A DNA stretch of 64,000 nucleotides from Mytilus edulis (lineage: Eukaryota): positions 55,986,001 to 56,050,000 of the forward strand of contig NC_092351.1 of assembly GCF_963676685.1 (NCBI RefSeq), in the 5' to 3' direction. Below the pieces are notes generated by a model that searched no databases, was not told the DNA's origin, and saw nothing but the letters and a program-made list of their open reading frames with translations. This document shows, in pieces, positions 36,789 to 50,318 of this stretch. The position numbers and the translations under genes were made by a program. The first letter of the stretch is position 1; every line of letters starts with the position of its first letter.

Positions 36789-37809
36789 CTGAAATTATAT
36801 AAAGGCGGTAGCTTATTAAGAGAGTTGTCTTATTGGCAATCATACCACATCTTCTTTCTTATATGAAATGCATTAATTTGAAAAGATAAGAATTAAAAAA
36901 AAACGTAATAAAATAAAAATAATAAAACTTTAACATAGGTTTTCAATTCTAACTGATTTAGAGGTTGCATACCCAAACTTTTCATGGTGTAACAATACTC
37001 TTCCCCTTCTTCGTAATTCGTAACGGTCATCCGTATCTGTGTAAGATATTTTCTGAATAGTTTGTTCTAATGAATAACACATTTGTATTTGATAATAGGT
37101 TACAATACTTGAAAAATAAATGCGTATATGAGTATTTTATTTTGTTCATACCTGTTGTGTGAGAGAAAAAAAACGGTGTTATTAGATAATGACATAAATT
37201 ATTATATTTTACATGCATTTTCCTAAATTAAGCCATTTTGTAAAATGCTTATATAATTTAGGAATTTTCTAAATAATATTTACTAGTTTGTATCTGCATA
37301 TTACAAAATACCTGGACAAATTGAAAGGTATAATTGAAATGCCTGAAATTATTTAATAGAATGAATCATTATCTCAGAAACCAAAAGAATTAATCATGAT
37401 TACTAATGGATTTACTGAATTGTTTACTAGTTCATAATAGACAGTTACTTAATTTTTCATTTCATTTTAAAGAATGTTTCGATGGCAGGATATGTAACAC
37501 ATTGGTCCTGGGTTTTTTTTAAATACATTGTTTGGAATAAAATCGCGTCTAACACTACAACGCCATCTGGTTAAACCCTGTCTATCACACATGCAGCTTT
37601 GGCAATACCTTTTCTGATAAAAAAAAATAAACGCTTGGCAAAAATCAGACACATTAATATGTGTTTCCAACATCTGCAATGTCAGATAACATTGATAAGA
37701 TTGACTGATATATCTTACGCTATCATGAAATATAATAGGGTGAGGCAGATACACGAATATCGGCTGATGCATCCAAACAGGGGACACTTTCCATATTGGG
37801 ATTACTGTA

Positions 37810-38400
37810 TTTGGTTCAGTGATCACTTACATTTAATATATTCAAGTGAACTTGAAATAAAAGATACTACCGACACAGATAAATCTGCCTCACATTTAAA
37901 CAGTTTTTCTCGAAATGACAACTGTTGGTAGGTTGAATACCAAAATTTATGACAAACGCGATGATTTTAATTGTCCTATGGTCAACTTTCCATTTCTATG
38001 TAGCAACATCCCAGCGGCACCAGCATATGGAGTATATGTGTCTCAAGTGAAACGTTCCTATAAGGCTAGCTCAAAGTACGTTGATTTTGTTTAACTAGGA
38101 ATACTGCTTTCTTAAAAGTTGCTTAGATGGGGCTATACATCAATCAAATTAGGGTCATCACTCAAGAAATATAATGGTCGCCATCATGAGCTGATTCGCC
38201 ATTATGACAAAAGTGTGTCAGAAATCATATCCGATATTCTTCTTCAGTCATAATTACATTCCATCATTACCAAACTGAACAAATAAATAACACGACGGTA
38301 GCCGTATACGGTGCAGGAAATGGAACTGATTTCACTCCTGGTTTTAAATTGAGTTCGTGTTGTTTCTTATTCATTATTTATAACTTTTAATGTAAATGTC
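37810..38400 (+). mobile_element. Penelope-like retroelement RT relic
   Basis: IYSSELEIKDTTD..SAS.L, then (frameshifted) TKIYDKRDDFN.PMVNFPFLCSNIPAAPAYGVYVSQ, which are C-terminal PLE RT motifs. Stops are present. Confidence 0.85.
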
Positions 38401-39613
38401 CCTTGGTTTTTTTAGTCTTAGTTTACCCCTTGGTTTAGATTGTTATTGTCTTTCATCATGTTCGATTTTCAAGATTTGACATTGGTTAACTAATGATGCA
38501 TTAGATCATTTCAAGGTTAAAGATCCAAGGATTCTTTGGACATTCGAGAGGAAGAAATTCATATACCTGTCCGTTACTAGACATAAACAAAATTGAGTTG
38601 GAAATACTTATTCTATAAAGAGGCAATCTGTTTGGCTGTGAATAATACATAAATTCGAGGAAATGTTTCTGTCCGTATCTAAAATACCTCTATTTTAAGC
38701 AACTATAAAAATTCCTGCCATTTCTCTGGTTAATCTATTGCAGAACGTAGCTCTCTGATTTAATATTGGTTTGTTCTCGTCTTAGATATGCGTGAAAAAT
38801 TTGCTACTGAGTGGAAGTAAACAATAATACGCCAATAAAAACATGTGTATTATCCTACTTGATATAGCATACTGCTGTTTTGAGTCTAGATTTTCTAAAA
38901 AAAATGTTTATAAACTTGTTTCTATTGTTAGAACAAGTTACAGCCATTATGACAAGAAGAATACACACAAAAAAAAAACATAACGTTACGTACATGTTGT
39001 TTCATTAAAGAGAAAAGAAACTTTCAAACTCGTTTTAAAAGACAAGTTAAGGTGTAATACCACCACTTTAAGTCTTTGTCAATTTTCCACTTAGTGCAAA
39101 TTGTGTTTCAAATAAACAAAATATATGAGTACATGAAAACAGTTTTATCGTGTCTAGTACTAGAGACAAAATTTCACATACCATTTCCTTGCATATAAGA
39201 TAATAACCATTCTTAATTTTACTTGACAAAGCCTGTAGCAAATGTGACACCTCTCACCAAACGTTACTGTTTCTGACATTTTTTTTATTGAAATGAATCA
39301 TGAATAGTTCAAATGGTGTGCATGTAGGTGTGTGCTGAATACAGACAAAACGGGGTAATTTACAAAAAGACATATTCGAACTTATTTCAAAGTATGTTAA
39401 CGGAACTTTTAGCAAAAGAGCAAAGGCTCCGTCTCGAGTGTCTTGTCTGACCTATAATTGTTTACTTTTTACGCATTCTTATTTCGACGGAGAGTTGTCT
39501 CCACGGCACTCATATCACATTTTCTAATGTCTTAACATATTTTAGGAATTTTGGTCCTCAATGATCTTCAACTTCGTACTGTATCTGGCCTTTTTAAATG
39601 TTTAGGATTCGAG

Positions 39614-39655
39614 CGTCACTGATGAGTCTTTTGAAGACGAAACGCGTGTTTGGCG
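39614..39655 (+). ncRNA. Type I hammerhead ribozyme, second copy
   Basis: CGUCA-CUGAUGA-GUCUU(uug)AAGAC-GAA-ACGCGUGU-U/UGGCG. Perfect stem II, GUU triplet. Confidence 0.8.
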
Positions 39656-42460
39656 TATATACAAAATTTGGTCATGGTATCTATGATGAGTTTATTTATA
39701 CCTATTTGTAGCCGTGATGTTCTGTAAATGTATGAATATAAAAAAGAAAGATGTGGTATGATTGCCAATGAACCAACTGTCCACAAGAGACCAAAATGAC
39801 ACAGAAATTACAAACTACAAAAAATGTATAGGTCACCGTACGGCCTTTAACAGTGAACAAAGCCCATACCGCATAGTCAGCTATACAAGGCCTCGAAATG
39901 ACAATGTAAAACAAATCAAACGAGAAAAACTAACGACCTTCTCTATATTAAAAAAATGACAGAAAATGAAAAAGAGAATGACTGTCACACAAAACCGACT
40001 TCAAGTAGGAATTAAAATCCCTGTGAAGGTACGTAAACATGTCAAAGGTTTTTATCAGTTTTTACCATTAGTGTACAGAAATCAGTTAATTTTAATCCAC
40101 CAGAGATGATCACTACAATCCCCTTCCCTTTCATGAACGTGACCTACCGAATTAGACTATTTACCGGATTTGTAATCAACAGGACGGGTGCCACATGTGG
40201 AGCAGGATCTGCTCTAGTTTTTGGTGGGGTTCGTGTTGTTTATTCTTTAGTTTTCTATGTTGTGTCATGTGTACTATTGTTTTTCTGTTTGTCTTTTTTT
40301 CATTTTTAGCCATGGTGTTGTCAGTTGTTTTAGATTTATGAGTTCAATATTTTCCTTTTTTTTATTACTATTCGAATTATATTTTTCTTAGTAACAAGTA
40401 GTAGAAAATAAAATTGCTCCAGCTTTTCTTTTCAATGCAAAACTAATTGACGCGTATCAACTTTATTTATTTACCTTTTAACCCTACATTACATTCACAA
40501 TGCATGAATTTCTAAATAAGACAAAATGTATCAAAATGATTACGCACAATACATATTTATATACGTCTTATATACAAAATGCACAGCTAACATGGCTGAT
40601 GCGTGAAATGGTTTTCAAATTTATACTAAATTGCACCGATATTTATTTACCGAGACTTCTTTTTCACTGAGGTGGTAAAAAATTGTGTTAAAGAAAAATT
40701 AAATTTGAATATACTTAGAAAAAGCATTGACCGTGTAAAAACCTGAAAGTAAATACTTTGGTCTGTAAGCTATGACTTTAAGCAAAGATTAAAAATTATT
40801 AAAAAATAGCTTCTTGGGGAAACAAATTCACAGGAATAAGCAAAATCTCGTTGATTTTACATTCAGATCGACTTTATAAATTTACTGTTTACAAAATATT
40901 GAATTTTTTGAAATTACTAAGGCTTTTCTACCTCTGTATTTGTCCCTTTTGTATCGTTCGTCCCTCTTTTCAAACTCAAATGTTGGACACGTTTATACAA
41001 GATCAAAACCATATAAAGAAATATGACTAAAATGGATATAAGAAATCAAAACAAAAATTCATCGAGAGTTAACACTGTCTACAGCAGTTGAAACACTAAG
41101 TTAATTTGTAAATATATAGTTTGAGAAAGGTTTCGACAATTCATTCCAGTACACTAGAAAAGAAAAAGACCCCAAAAAAACAAGCAACTATACTAAACAC
41201 ATCTTATACAACTAAAGACTGAAAAACAAGAACCCCATCAAAAAAGGGGGTAATATCAAGAGATTAAGCACATTCTCTTCCACATGTGACACCTGTCGTG
41301 ATGTTCATGTACATACAAACCAGGTTGTATGTCTCATTCAGTAGGTCACATTTGGAGAAAAGAAATTTGGATTGTATGTATGACGTGTCGGAATATATCA
41401 TTTGTTTTCTGATCTACCAAATGAATTCAAAAGGGCTGAATTTTACTTCACCTCTTGGAAATACTTAGTTTTATAAGTGCAACCCTAGTCAATGAAATTT
41501 TGAGGTGAATTTCTAGCCCTGAAGTATTGCATACCCAGGTTTATATATAATCCGTATGAGGCCAACGCAGGAATGTTTCTATGAAGAAAAAGAAAGTTTG
41601 CAATTGGAAAGCTAAAATCTACTCTTGTGTCGAAACTTTTGTTTAATTAAGAAATCGATTACATCTTCTAAGTACCAGTACACATGCCGTTTCCTCCAGA
41701 AAAAAGGAATCGTGAATACACAGCTCATGTTAGGTGTTTTGCACTGACAAAAATCGCATTGATTCGACCAACAAATACTATTGCAAAATTTAAATGTGGA
41801 CCATTTGGGGAATCTATGTGTTCACAAACAATACTATCACAGTTTTAAAGAGTCTACGGAAACCAGAAGAGTACTTTACATTTTGATATTTTTCTTTGGT
41901 ATTGACACAAGGAGAAGACAAATCTATGAAAATTGCAATGTTTTAAGGTCACCTATAAACAGGTACTAATTCGCAATAGTATGCATGACACATGCTTCTT
42001 GATTGTATTCCGTTCATATATTTATATTTCCGCTTTACACTGCTGCATTCACACACTATACGAACTTCACTAATAGTTATGCGTTCCCGACTAAACAGCT
42101 TTTACGCGACTGGAATGGTTAACACATATTGTGATGTAAGATTCGATATAAAAAATGAAAAGTTGTGGTATCCTTGCTGGTGATACAATATGACGTAGAC
42201 GATTGCAGCTGTAATAAAACCTTTCGGTCTACAACAATGAAAAAAGCCATACCGAATACAATGGAATAGAAAGGTAGCAAAGTCGCAAAAAAAACCCCAC
42301 TTGTAATGAAAATGAGGCTCGTCAAGATGGACGTTTATGTTTTTGTCCGATAGATATCTAAATAACTTTAGTAGTATTGGTGTATTTGAACTGTCAATGA
42401 TACGTCTAAGTTTGCTATATAGACTAGGAAAGTATACACACATTCCACACTCTCGAAAAT

Positions 42461-43279
42461 ATGCATAGATACAAAAACGGTCCTCGTAGGCCACGATACA
42501 GTTCCTCAGACACTGATAGTGAATTATATCGTCCACCACCTAAACGAGTGAACACACAATCGTACACTGCTCCTGTTGATATTTCTTTAAAACCAGTCAT
42601 GTCTGACCCGTCGAAAGATAACACAATCTCCACAAATGATTTATATCAACTAATGCTGACCATTAAAGAAAACCAAGACTCTCTCAGAACTTCATTAAAA
42701 CATAGAATAACAAACTTGGAGTCTAAGTTTACACAAGAGATACAACGACATGTAAAATCTCTGAAAGATGAAATGACATTAGAATTTGCACATGTTGACA
42801 ATAAAATAAAGGAACTACAATCAAAGATGTCAAAATATGAATCAGGTCATAATACAGACAGTTTACAATCGGTTACAAACGAGAACAACTCACAACATAA
42901 ACTGGTATTTAAAAACATGAAACTCGAAAACAACGATCAAGAGAGCCGTAAGGCATACGTTAACGGTATCGTACATTCTATTGGATTATATTTTAATGTA
43001 ATTGATGTTCAACAGATCGGTCAAAATAACGGTACAGCCAATACGGGCAATCAAATTAGAACGAAACCCGTTATTGTGTCATTCCAAGAGGGAAAACATT
43101 GCGTTGATGTGCTAAAGAATAAAAGAAAACTGAAAGGTATTGATGATCTTAAAAACATATATATAGAAACGGATCGTTCTCGTCAAGAAAGATCGCAAGA
43201 GGCAAACTTTCGACGCTTAGCAAAATCTATTCCAAATCTACAATTTAAAAACGTACGGGTTATTAAAAAACAAAATTAA
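42461..43279 (+). CDS. LINE ORF1 protein (coiled coil + RRM-like region), 272 aa
   Basis: Open ATG-initiated ORF directly upstream of ORF2. Heptad-rich middle, and a PVIVSF..KRKLK..IYIETD pattern typical of LINE ORF1p. Confidence 0.8.
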   Translation: MHRYKNGPRRPRYSSSDTDSELYRPPPKRVNTQSYTAPVDISLKPVMSDPSKDNTISTNDLYQLMLTIKENQDSLRTSLKHRITNLESKFTQEIQRHVKSLKDEMTLEFAHVDNKIKELQSKMSKYESGHNTDSLQSVTNENNSQHKLVFKNMKLENNDQESRKAYVNGIVHSIGLYFNVIDVQQIGQNNGTANTGNQIRTKPVIVSFQEGKHCVDVLKNKRKLKGIDDLKNIYIETDRSRQERSQEANFRRLAKSIPNLQFKNVRVIKKQN

Positions 43280-43309
43280 CAGCAACGCTAGTCAAATAGA
43301 GAAGATACA

Positions 43310-46300
43310 AAATTAACTATTGGTAGCTGGAATTGCAATGGCTGGTATGTCAATGGTACGAATTTTAAGGGAAAATATATTAAACATTCTAAACTGTGAT
43401 ATTGTTGGTATATGCGAAAGTCATCTAAGAGACAATCAGACAATCAATATGAATGGTTACACTTGGATAGGTAATAATAGAAATGTTATTTCAAATAAGG
43501 CTTGGCGAGGAAGCGGGGGCGTAGGATTCCTTATTAAAAACTCTATATTTGAATATTTTGAAATTGACATTCTCGACAAAAGTAGAGATGATATACTTTG
43601 GATATATTTAAAATCTGTAAATGATCCGAACTTAGTCTTATACTTCAGTGTATGCTATTTACAACCTGAGAGATCTAGTAGAGGGAACATTTCTCAAGAG
43701 TTTTCCAGCATTTACTCTCGCAACTGTATCTTTATAACACAGGCAATCCTATTTTTATTTGTGGCGATTTCAATGGACGAATAGGAGACTCGCAGGATTT
43801 TAACGATTCGCTAGACGATTTACCGAAACGACAATATATAGACGAGCAAAAGAATGCGTTTGGTGAACATTTGCTAGATTTCTTGTCAGTTGCAAACTGC
43901 TGTATGTTAAACGGTCGCGGAGACCCTTCGAATGACAATTTCACATATGTGTCTACACAAGGAAAGTCCGTTGTTGACTATATGATTATACCGTACAGCG
44001 ACACTGATAAATATAACAATTTTGAGGTAAAGCTTATCTCAGACTTACTTATAGACTACGATATTGATGTGTACTCCGACTCGAGGTTCCCTGATCACTC
44101 GGTTCTTACTTGCACTTTTAAGAATTGTGAATACGAAAACATCAGTGAACTTCAAACAGTATCTGAAAACCAATCTCAAGTGTCTTCTGGAAACAAAACA
44201 CAATTTCGAAAATATAATGTATCGAACATTCCTAGTGATATTTTTGGCAGCGAACGTTGCGTCAGAAGTCTTGAAAAGGTAGTTGACTCTTTACTAAACA
44301 TCCGAAATATAGAAAACCAAATCAATACTATATACAATACCTTAATCAATGTTCTTCATGATGAAATGGATGATAAAACGTACTATAAAGACTTTATTCA
44401 AAACAGAAGCACACGTAAGCGAAGTAAGGCGAGGCCGTATTTGAACGATAGTTTACGTAATCAGCTGGCTGATGTGGATAAAGCCGAAAAGGTTTTTTTA
44501 AAATTTAAAGGAAATCGACGTGAGAAATCGGAACTGAGAGACATATTTAAAATAAAGAGAAGACAATTTGACAAAAGTTTACGACAAGAAGAACGCAAAT
44601 ACAAAATACAAAGACTAAACAACATAAAATCTTTCAACAGCGGCAATCCAAAAGAATTCTGGCGAGAAATTAACAAACTAGGTCCTGGAAAAACGCGCAC
44701 TTATATTGACTGCGTAAATATGCTTGATGGGTCCGTGTCTCATAATCCCACAGACATCCTGCAAAGGTGGAAAGAAGGGTACTCTAATCTGTTCTCTAGC
44801 GAAGTTGTAAATGTCGATAATCAGTTCATAGCGCAAGTGCAAACACTTAATCAACAACTCCAACAAGAACTTGATAATTGTGATATTCAGGAAGTAGATG
44901 ACACCACGGGCATTACGAAAGTTAATGAGTCGATCTCATTCCAAGAACTTAAAAGGGCATTACTTAATTTTAAAAACGGGAAAGCAACTGGTATGGACAA
45001 TTTGCCTAACGAATTTTTAAAAAGTGAGAAATTGATTCATGTATTACTTGAACTGTTCAACGTCTGCTTTTCGAATGGCATAGTGCCTGATGCCTGGTAC
45101 CAAAGTATTATCTGTCCATTACTTAAAAAAGGAAAAGACTATCGTGATCCATTACGTTACAGATGTATAAGTCTGATGTCAACCGTTGCAAAGGTCTTCA
45201 GTCAAATACTAAATGGTAGATTGATGAAGTATCTGGCAAACAACAAACTATTAAGCGAGGAACAAAATGGATTTCGACGTCTTAGATCTTGCCTTGACCA
45301 CATTTATTCTGTATGTACTATACTGAGAAACCGAAAATTAATGAACCTCGACACATATCTTTGTTTTGTTGACTTTAGCAAGGCATTCGATTCAGTAAAC
45401 CACACTATCTTAGGTGCGGGTGTTCACGGTAACATGTTCAAAGTTATAACATGTCTTTATTCAATCTTGAAAAGTGCTATTAGACTTTCGCCAATGATGT
45501 TCACAGACTGGTTTTCGGTAGATTCCGGTGTACGTCAAGGAGATAACCTCGCACCTACATTGTTTGCGTTATTCATTGACGATCGTGTGCCACTTATCAA
45601 AGGTCTTTCGCAAGGAGTATTAGTTGGAAACGACATGATTAGTTGTTTATTTTACGCGGATGACGTCGTTCTCATTTCGGACTCAAGTGAAGGCTTACAG
45701 TCTCAACTCAACGTTCTACATGAATGGACAAAGAAACATCTTCTAAATGTGAACATTGAAAAAACCAAAGCTATGCATGTTCGTAAGGCATCTTCCAGTA
45801 GATCAGATGTTTTATTCAGACTCGGACAAAAGGAATTAGATTACGTAGAAAAGTACCGTTATTTAGGCCTAACACTGTCCGAAAACATCGACTATAAGGT
45901 GTCTGTTAATGAACTGTCAGCGGCAGCTAGCAGATCATTAGGATCGTTAACATCAAAATTCTTGCATATGGGTAATATGGACTTCGAAATATACACAAAG
46001 ATATATGACAACACAGTCATTCCGGTTATGGATTATGCCTCTGGTATCTGGGGTATCAAGCGCTATGACTCACTTGAGAGATTACAATACAGAGCTATAA
46101 GGACATTCCTTGGCATTAGCAAATGTGCTCCGATTCCTGTTGTCTTAGGGGATATAGGTTGGCTACCTGTATATATTCATACGCAGTGTAATGCGATACG
46201 CCTATGGTGTCGCCTCATGAAAATGCCAGACAATAGACTTTGTCGTAAAGTGTTCTGTTGGGACATTGCAACCTCTACACGCTACAACAATACCTGGTTT

Positions 46301-46825
46301 AACAATATCAAGACAGTTTTGAATACTTGTAATCTTACGCATTTGATCAACTACAGTGGCGAGAATATTTCTACAAACTACGTTTTAGAAACAGCCAAAA
46401 GTAAATGTGTAGATGACTTCAAAGATAGATGGGGTAACGAATTGCGAACAATGCCAAAACTGAGAACGTATAAAACTTTTAAGTCCGAATTCTCAACGGA
46501 ACCATATGTAAAAAGACATTTATCAAGGGTGCAACGTTCTGGAACTTTTCCACTAGAAATTGAGCAAGGTCGTTACAGAAACATTCCACCTAATCTACGT
46601 ATATGTAAATTGTGTAATTCAGGTTCGATTGAAGATGAAACACATTTCCTCATCTATTATGACCGTTATACTGAATCACGAAACAGACTGTTACGGGAGT
46701 TACCTTCTATTCACATTGATGAGCTACCTCCAAACGAAGCCATTACAGTACTCTTAAATGCTAATACCAAACTTGTAGCAAACTTTATTTTAGAATTTTC
46801 CAATATAAGACGTGAATTTATATAA
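43310..46825 (+). pseudogene. LINE ORF2 (AP endonuclease + reverse transcriptase), frameshifted in the endonuclease
   Basis: IGSWNCNG, DIVGICESHL, GGVGFLI, CGDFNGRIG, SVVDY and PDH are spread over different frames (shifts near 43350 and 43700). The open 984-codon stretch carries QNGFR, FVDFSKAFDSV, GVRQGDNLAP, YADD (45653) and YLG, then KLRTYKTFK and CKLC...EDETHF. Confidence 0.9.
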
Positions 46826-48839
46826 CTGTTTAATCTTTCTATAGTAAATATCGAAGTAGACGCATGTCAACATTTTTTTAAATGTTATAATTTTGACCTC
46901 ATTTTGTTATATCTGTAATATTTAAAGTTAAAACATGATAGTGCATCATAAGCCTATTTGGCAGGCTGAATCATTATGTCAATACTCAATGTATATATTC
47001 AGATTACACTCTAATAAACTATTTATTCATTCATTCGTTCATTGTAACGATCAAAGGGTCTTATTTATGCACAAAACAATGCAATATAATCATATATAAT
47101 ACTACAACATAACAAGAAACGACAACCATCCATTATTTGTTCCAGAGATAGGATAGGCTCAAAAAGAATGAGTTTGATATAAACAGTTTTTCGAGCAAAT
47201 CCTCCCAATACACAAACACAGTATTGTAACAGCAAAACAGATGATTATAAAAAAATATTATCAGTTAAACAATTCTCAGCCCACCATATCAGCAAAAAAT
47301 AACAAATAAAATATACTTCAATCTTATACATCCAACGGATTAATTAAAAAAATCCATGATTTTTCCAATGTCGATATCGACGGAATGTTGCATCGCTAAT
47401 GTTAATATAGCAATATGTCTGCTCTATGGTCGGGTTGTTGTCTCTTGGACACATTCCCCATTTCCATTCTCAATTGTATATACATGATATACGACATAAC
47501 AAAAAAAACTATGTAAAACATTTGCACAGGTATGTCTCTGTTAAAAATGCGCTGTCCTGGATCTAAGATACTTGCAAAAATTTCGATCTGTAGATTCCTT
47601 GCTTGTACCTTTTTCCATCATATTTTGATTATAGGCATTGTGGTACATGCATATCATACATGTAACATGTTATCTGTCGTTTCACAAGGTATTTTACTTC
47701 TTTTGGAGATAATACAATACATGTTTATGTATTCTTATTATTTAATAAAGAATGAATGTACTGTTTCTTTAAAAGAGTGGCGAAAGATACAAGGACATTA
47801 CAACTCATAGATCGAAAATAAACTGACAACGATATGGCTAAAACAAGAAAAAGACAAACAGACAATCAATAGTTCACAAGACACAACATAGACAACTACA
47901 TACTACACAACAAAGTATATGTATAATCTGATAGCGATGAGCGGTTAACAGTTGCATTAAGTATTCGATTGTCTTATTCCAATATTGAATATATCTGGTT
48001 TGTCGCCTTACGTTATATAAGTTCACATTAAACAAACTTAGAACATGTTGAAGACCAGTTGAAAAAGACAATACATATTTTCATTTGACAAATGTTTCCA
48101 CTATGACGGCGAGTCATATTCACATGTGCATTGAATCAAACGTACGTAAATAAGTTGTACTATGGAGTTATACGGTACGCAAATCAAACAATTAGTCAAA
48201 CATCCATTATCTAGCAGATGTGCACAAAACTGCATTATGACGCAACATAGTCAGTATTGTCTTAATTAAACGGGGATACAACTGTTTTTCGGTCAACGAA
48301 GCTAATTATAAATGATATGAAGAAGAAATATATATACAAAGATCTGCATGTTGGTGAATTCCGTTTTTTACAAGAGCTTAATAATCCGTTTAAACATGAT
48401 GGACATGGATCCTACATTCTATATAACTGTATACAACCAAAAATATTGAAAATTAGTGTAAATCATATCGTACTTCTATTTTGTATTACACATGTTACAC
48501 TTTTATGGAAAACAGCCGCAGAGTAAAAGATGTCACATCATTTATTATGATACAGCCCTATATCACGCCGTATAACGTTCAGTTCTTTTGTCGCATCACA
48601 ATGTGTGCTATATTTTGCCGATCTTTAAACTGTTTTGTGTGCTAATTACATTTTAAACGGACAATTTAGACCTTAAACGAAATCTATATCTGACGAATAA
48701 GTTCAATACAATAGTATTTCGGATGCAAAATACTTCGCATTGAACTCGAGTAATCTTGTGTAGGTATCTTCACCTCGTAAATTAAAGGTCCCAAAGACAA
48801 ATCTAAACTTATGGCATACAAATTACAATGCATGTATTA

Positions 48840-49560
48840 CTGAAAATTTATTCCACCAGGGTTTTCAATATCACAAACTACTCAACACATTTCCTAACTT
48901 TTATCATCGATACAAGGGCATTATTCGTGAATATAAATCAGCATGCTGCTATCTTATACGCTCGGATATATCAAATCCAATGTTTTATAGTAATAATCTT
49001 AACAAAGCACAAAAATGTGGAATTTCACCAAACCAATCGTTTCAGAAAAGTATTAAGAAATATGTGTTTACGATACTGTTGGCCGGTCATTAAAGATTGC
49101 GGTATTGATATTGATTCACTTATAGGGTCTTTGCGTAGAAAATAAACACATTTATTATAAAACCGGCTATCTGCATGATATGGGTTCTGTTCGTCTCATA
49201 TATTTTATGATAGTATGATACTAAATCCCTAACGTGTGCTTGATATTCATATGATAAATGTGTAATCTTTCAATAAGTGTAATTGATGTCTTCAGTTTGC
49301 ATGTCAGTAATTGCGAGTAGTCTTTTGTTTAAATATGAAACATTTTAATTTTGTTCAGTTTATTTTGTTACCTATTCTGACATTAGACTCGGATTTCTTT
49401 TTAACTGAGTCTAACTATGCATGTTTTTTCTATGCTTATGTTTAAATTGGCTAGGGGCATAAGGCGATGGTTGAGTTCTTTAAAACATGTTTAACCCTGC
49501 AATATTTTTGCGCCTGTCCCAAGCCTTTGTTGGTCTTATATGAGTTTTACTTTTAATTTT
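48840..49560 (+). mobile_element. Decayed Penelope-like 3' fragment with downstream repeat (partly repeated at ~49600-49960)
   Basis: QGFQYHKLLNTF..FYHRYK..I..Y.......I...IS.P.FY resembles the PLE post-RT region. The block ttttgttaccta..ctgacat..gact.gga recurs at 49363 and 49783. Confidence 0.6.
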
Positions 49561-50216
49561 TTCTATATGGAAATTAAAATTATTGACATATAATGCGTTA
49601 TGTTTCTCGCATAAATCTTATGATAGTTGATACTAAACCGCTAATGGGAAGGATTCTACTTGATGTTTTTATAATGAAGACATAATCTCTCAATTAGTCA
49701 AATTGCGGTCTGCAGCTGGAATGTCAATTACTGCTAGTTGACCTTTGTTTATTTATGTATTTTTTTAGTTTTGTGTAGTTTCTTTTGTTACCTACCCTGA
49801 CATCGGACTTGGACTTCTATCATACGAGTTTTTACTGGACGTGTTGATGTGTATATGTGTTTTCTACAATTGCTTCAGGTCTGAAAAGGGTTGGGATATC
49901 TGAAAACATGTTTAACTCCATATAATTGTGCACTGTCTCAAGTCAGCAGCTTCTCACATATATTAATTTTGTCTAATAGTTAATTTGAGTTCATTTATAT
50001 GTTCCGAAAATGCTTATGAAAGTCAGAAACAAAATAATACACAAGTTTCTTCTGCACCAAAAAACATACAGATTCTTGGCTTTTGACATTCACATATACA
50101 TTCTGCTGGCGATAAACTAGTGGTTAAAGTACCATATGTACACTGATGCGGCATTCATATGCATATATTTGAAGAAAAAAAATGAAAAGATTTTGGATTT
50201 GTTTATCGATTGATAC

Positions 50217-50318
50217 CAGGAGAAGAACCATTATTTGCTTGTATCCTTGTTTGTTTCTCCAAAGGCTTTGGTGGCAGTGGTGGTGGTAATAGAGAACCGT
50301 CCATTGTTTCAACAATAA
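50217..50318 (-). CDS. Paralogous 102-bp exon (IVETMDGSLLPPPLPPKPLEKQTRIQANNGSSP) with a weakened donor
   Basis: Same acceptor and open frame. A short intronic deletion converts the donor to GTATCA. Confidence 0.45.

Larger units (their letters stand above)
42310..47041 (+). mobile_element. Near full-length non-LTR retrotransposon (APE-RT; RTE-X-like by C-terminal motifs)
   Basis: ORF1 plus ORF2, AATAAA followed by a (TTCA)n tail at 47013-47043. Candidate TSD ttgtaa(t/c)ga at 42301-42309 and 47042-47050. The 5' limit and clade are inferred. Confidence 0.88.

Noticed and set aside
38567-39232. Two candidate minus-strand exons (~38567-38678 and ~39182-39232) with AG/GT ends
   Set aside because: Their open frames are not phase-compatible with the neighbouring phase-1 exons and the peptides are uninformative; they cannot be supported without RNA data.
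42102-44866. Antisense and alternate-frame ORFs over the LINE
   Set aside because: They are shadow ORFs of the retrotransposon coding region.
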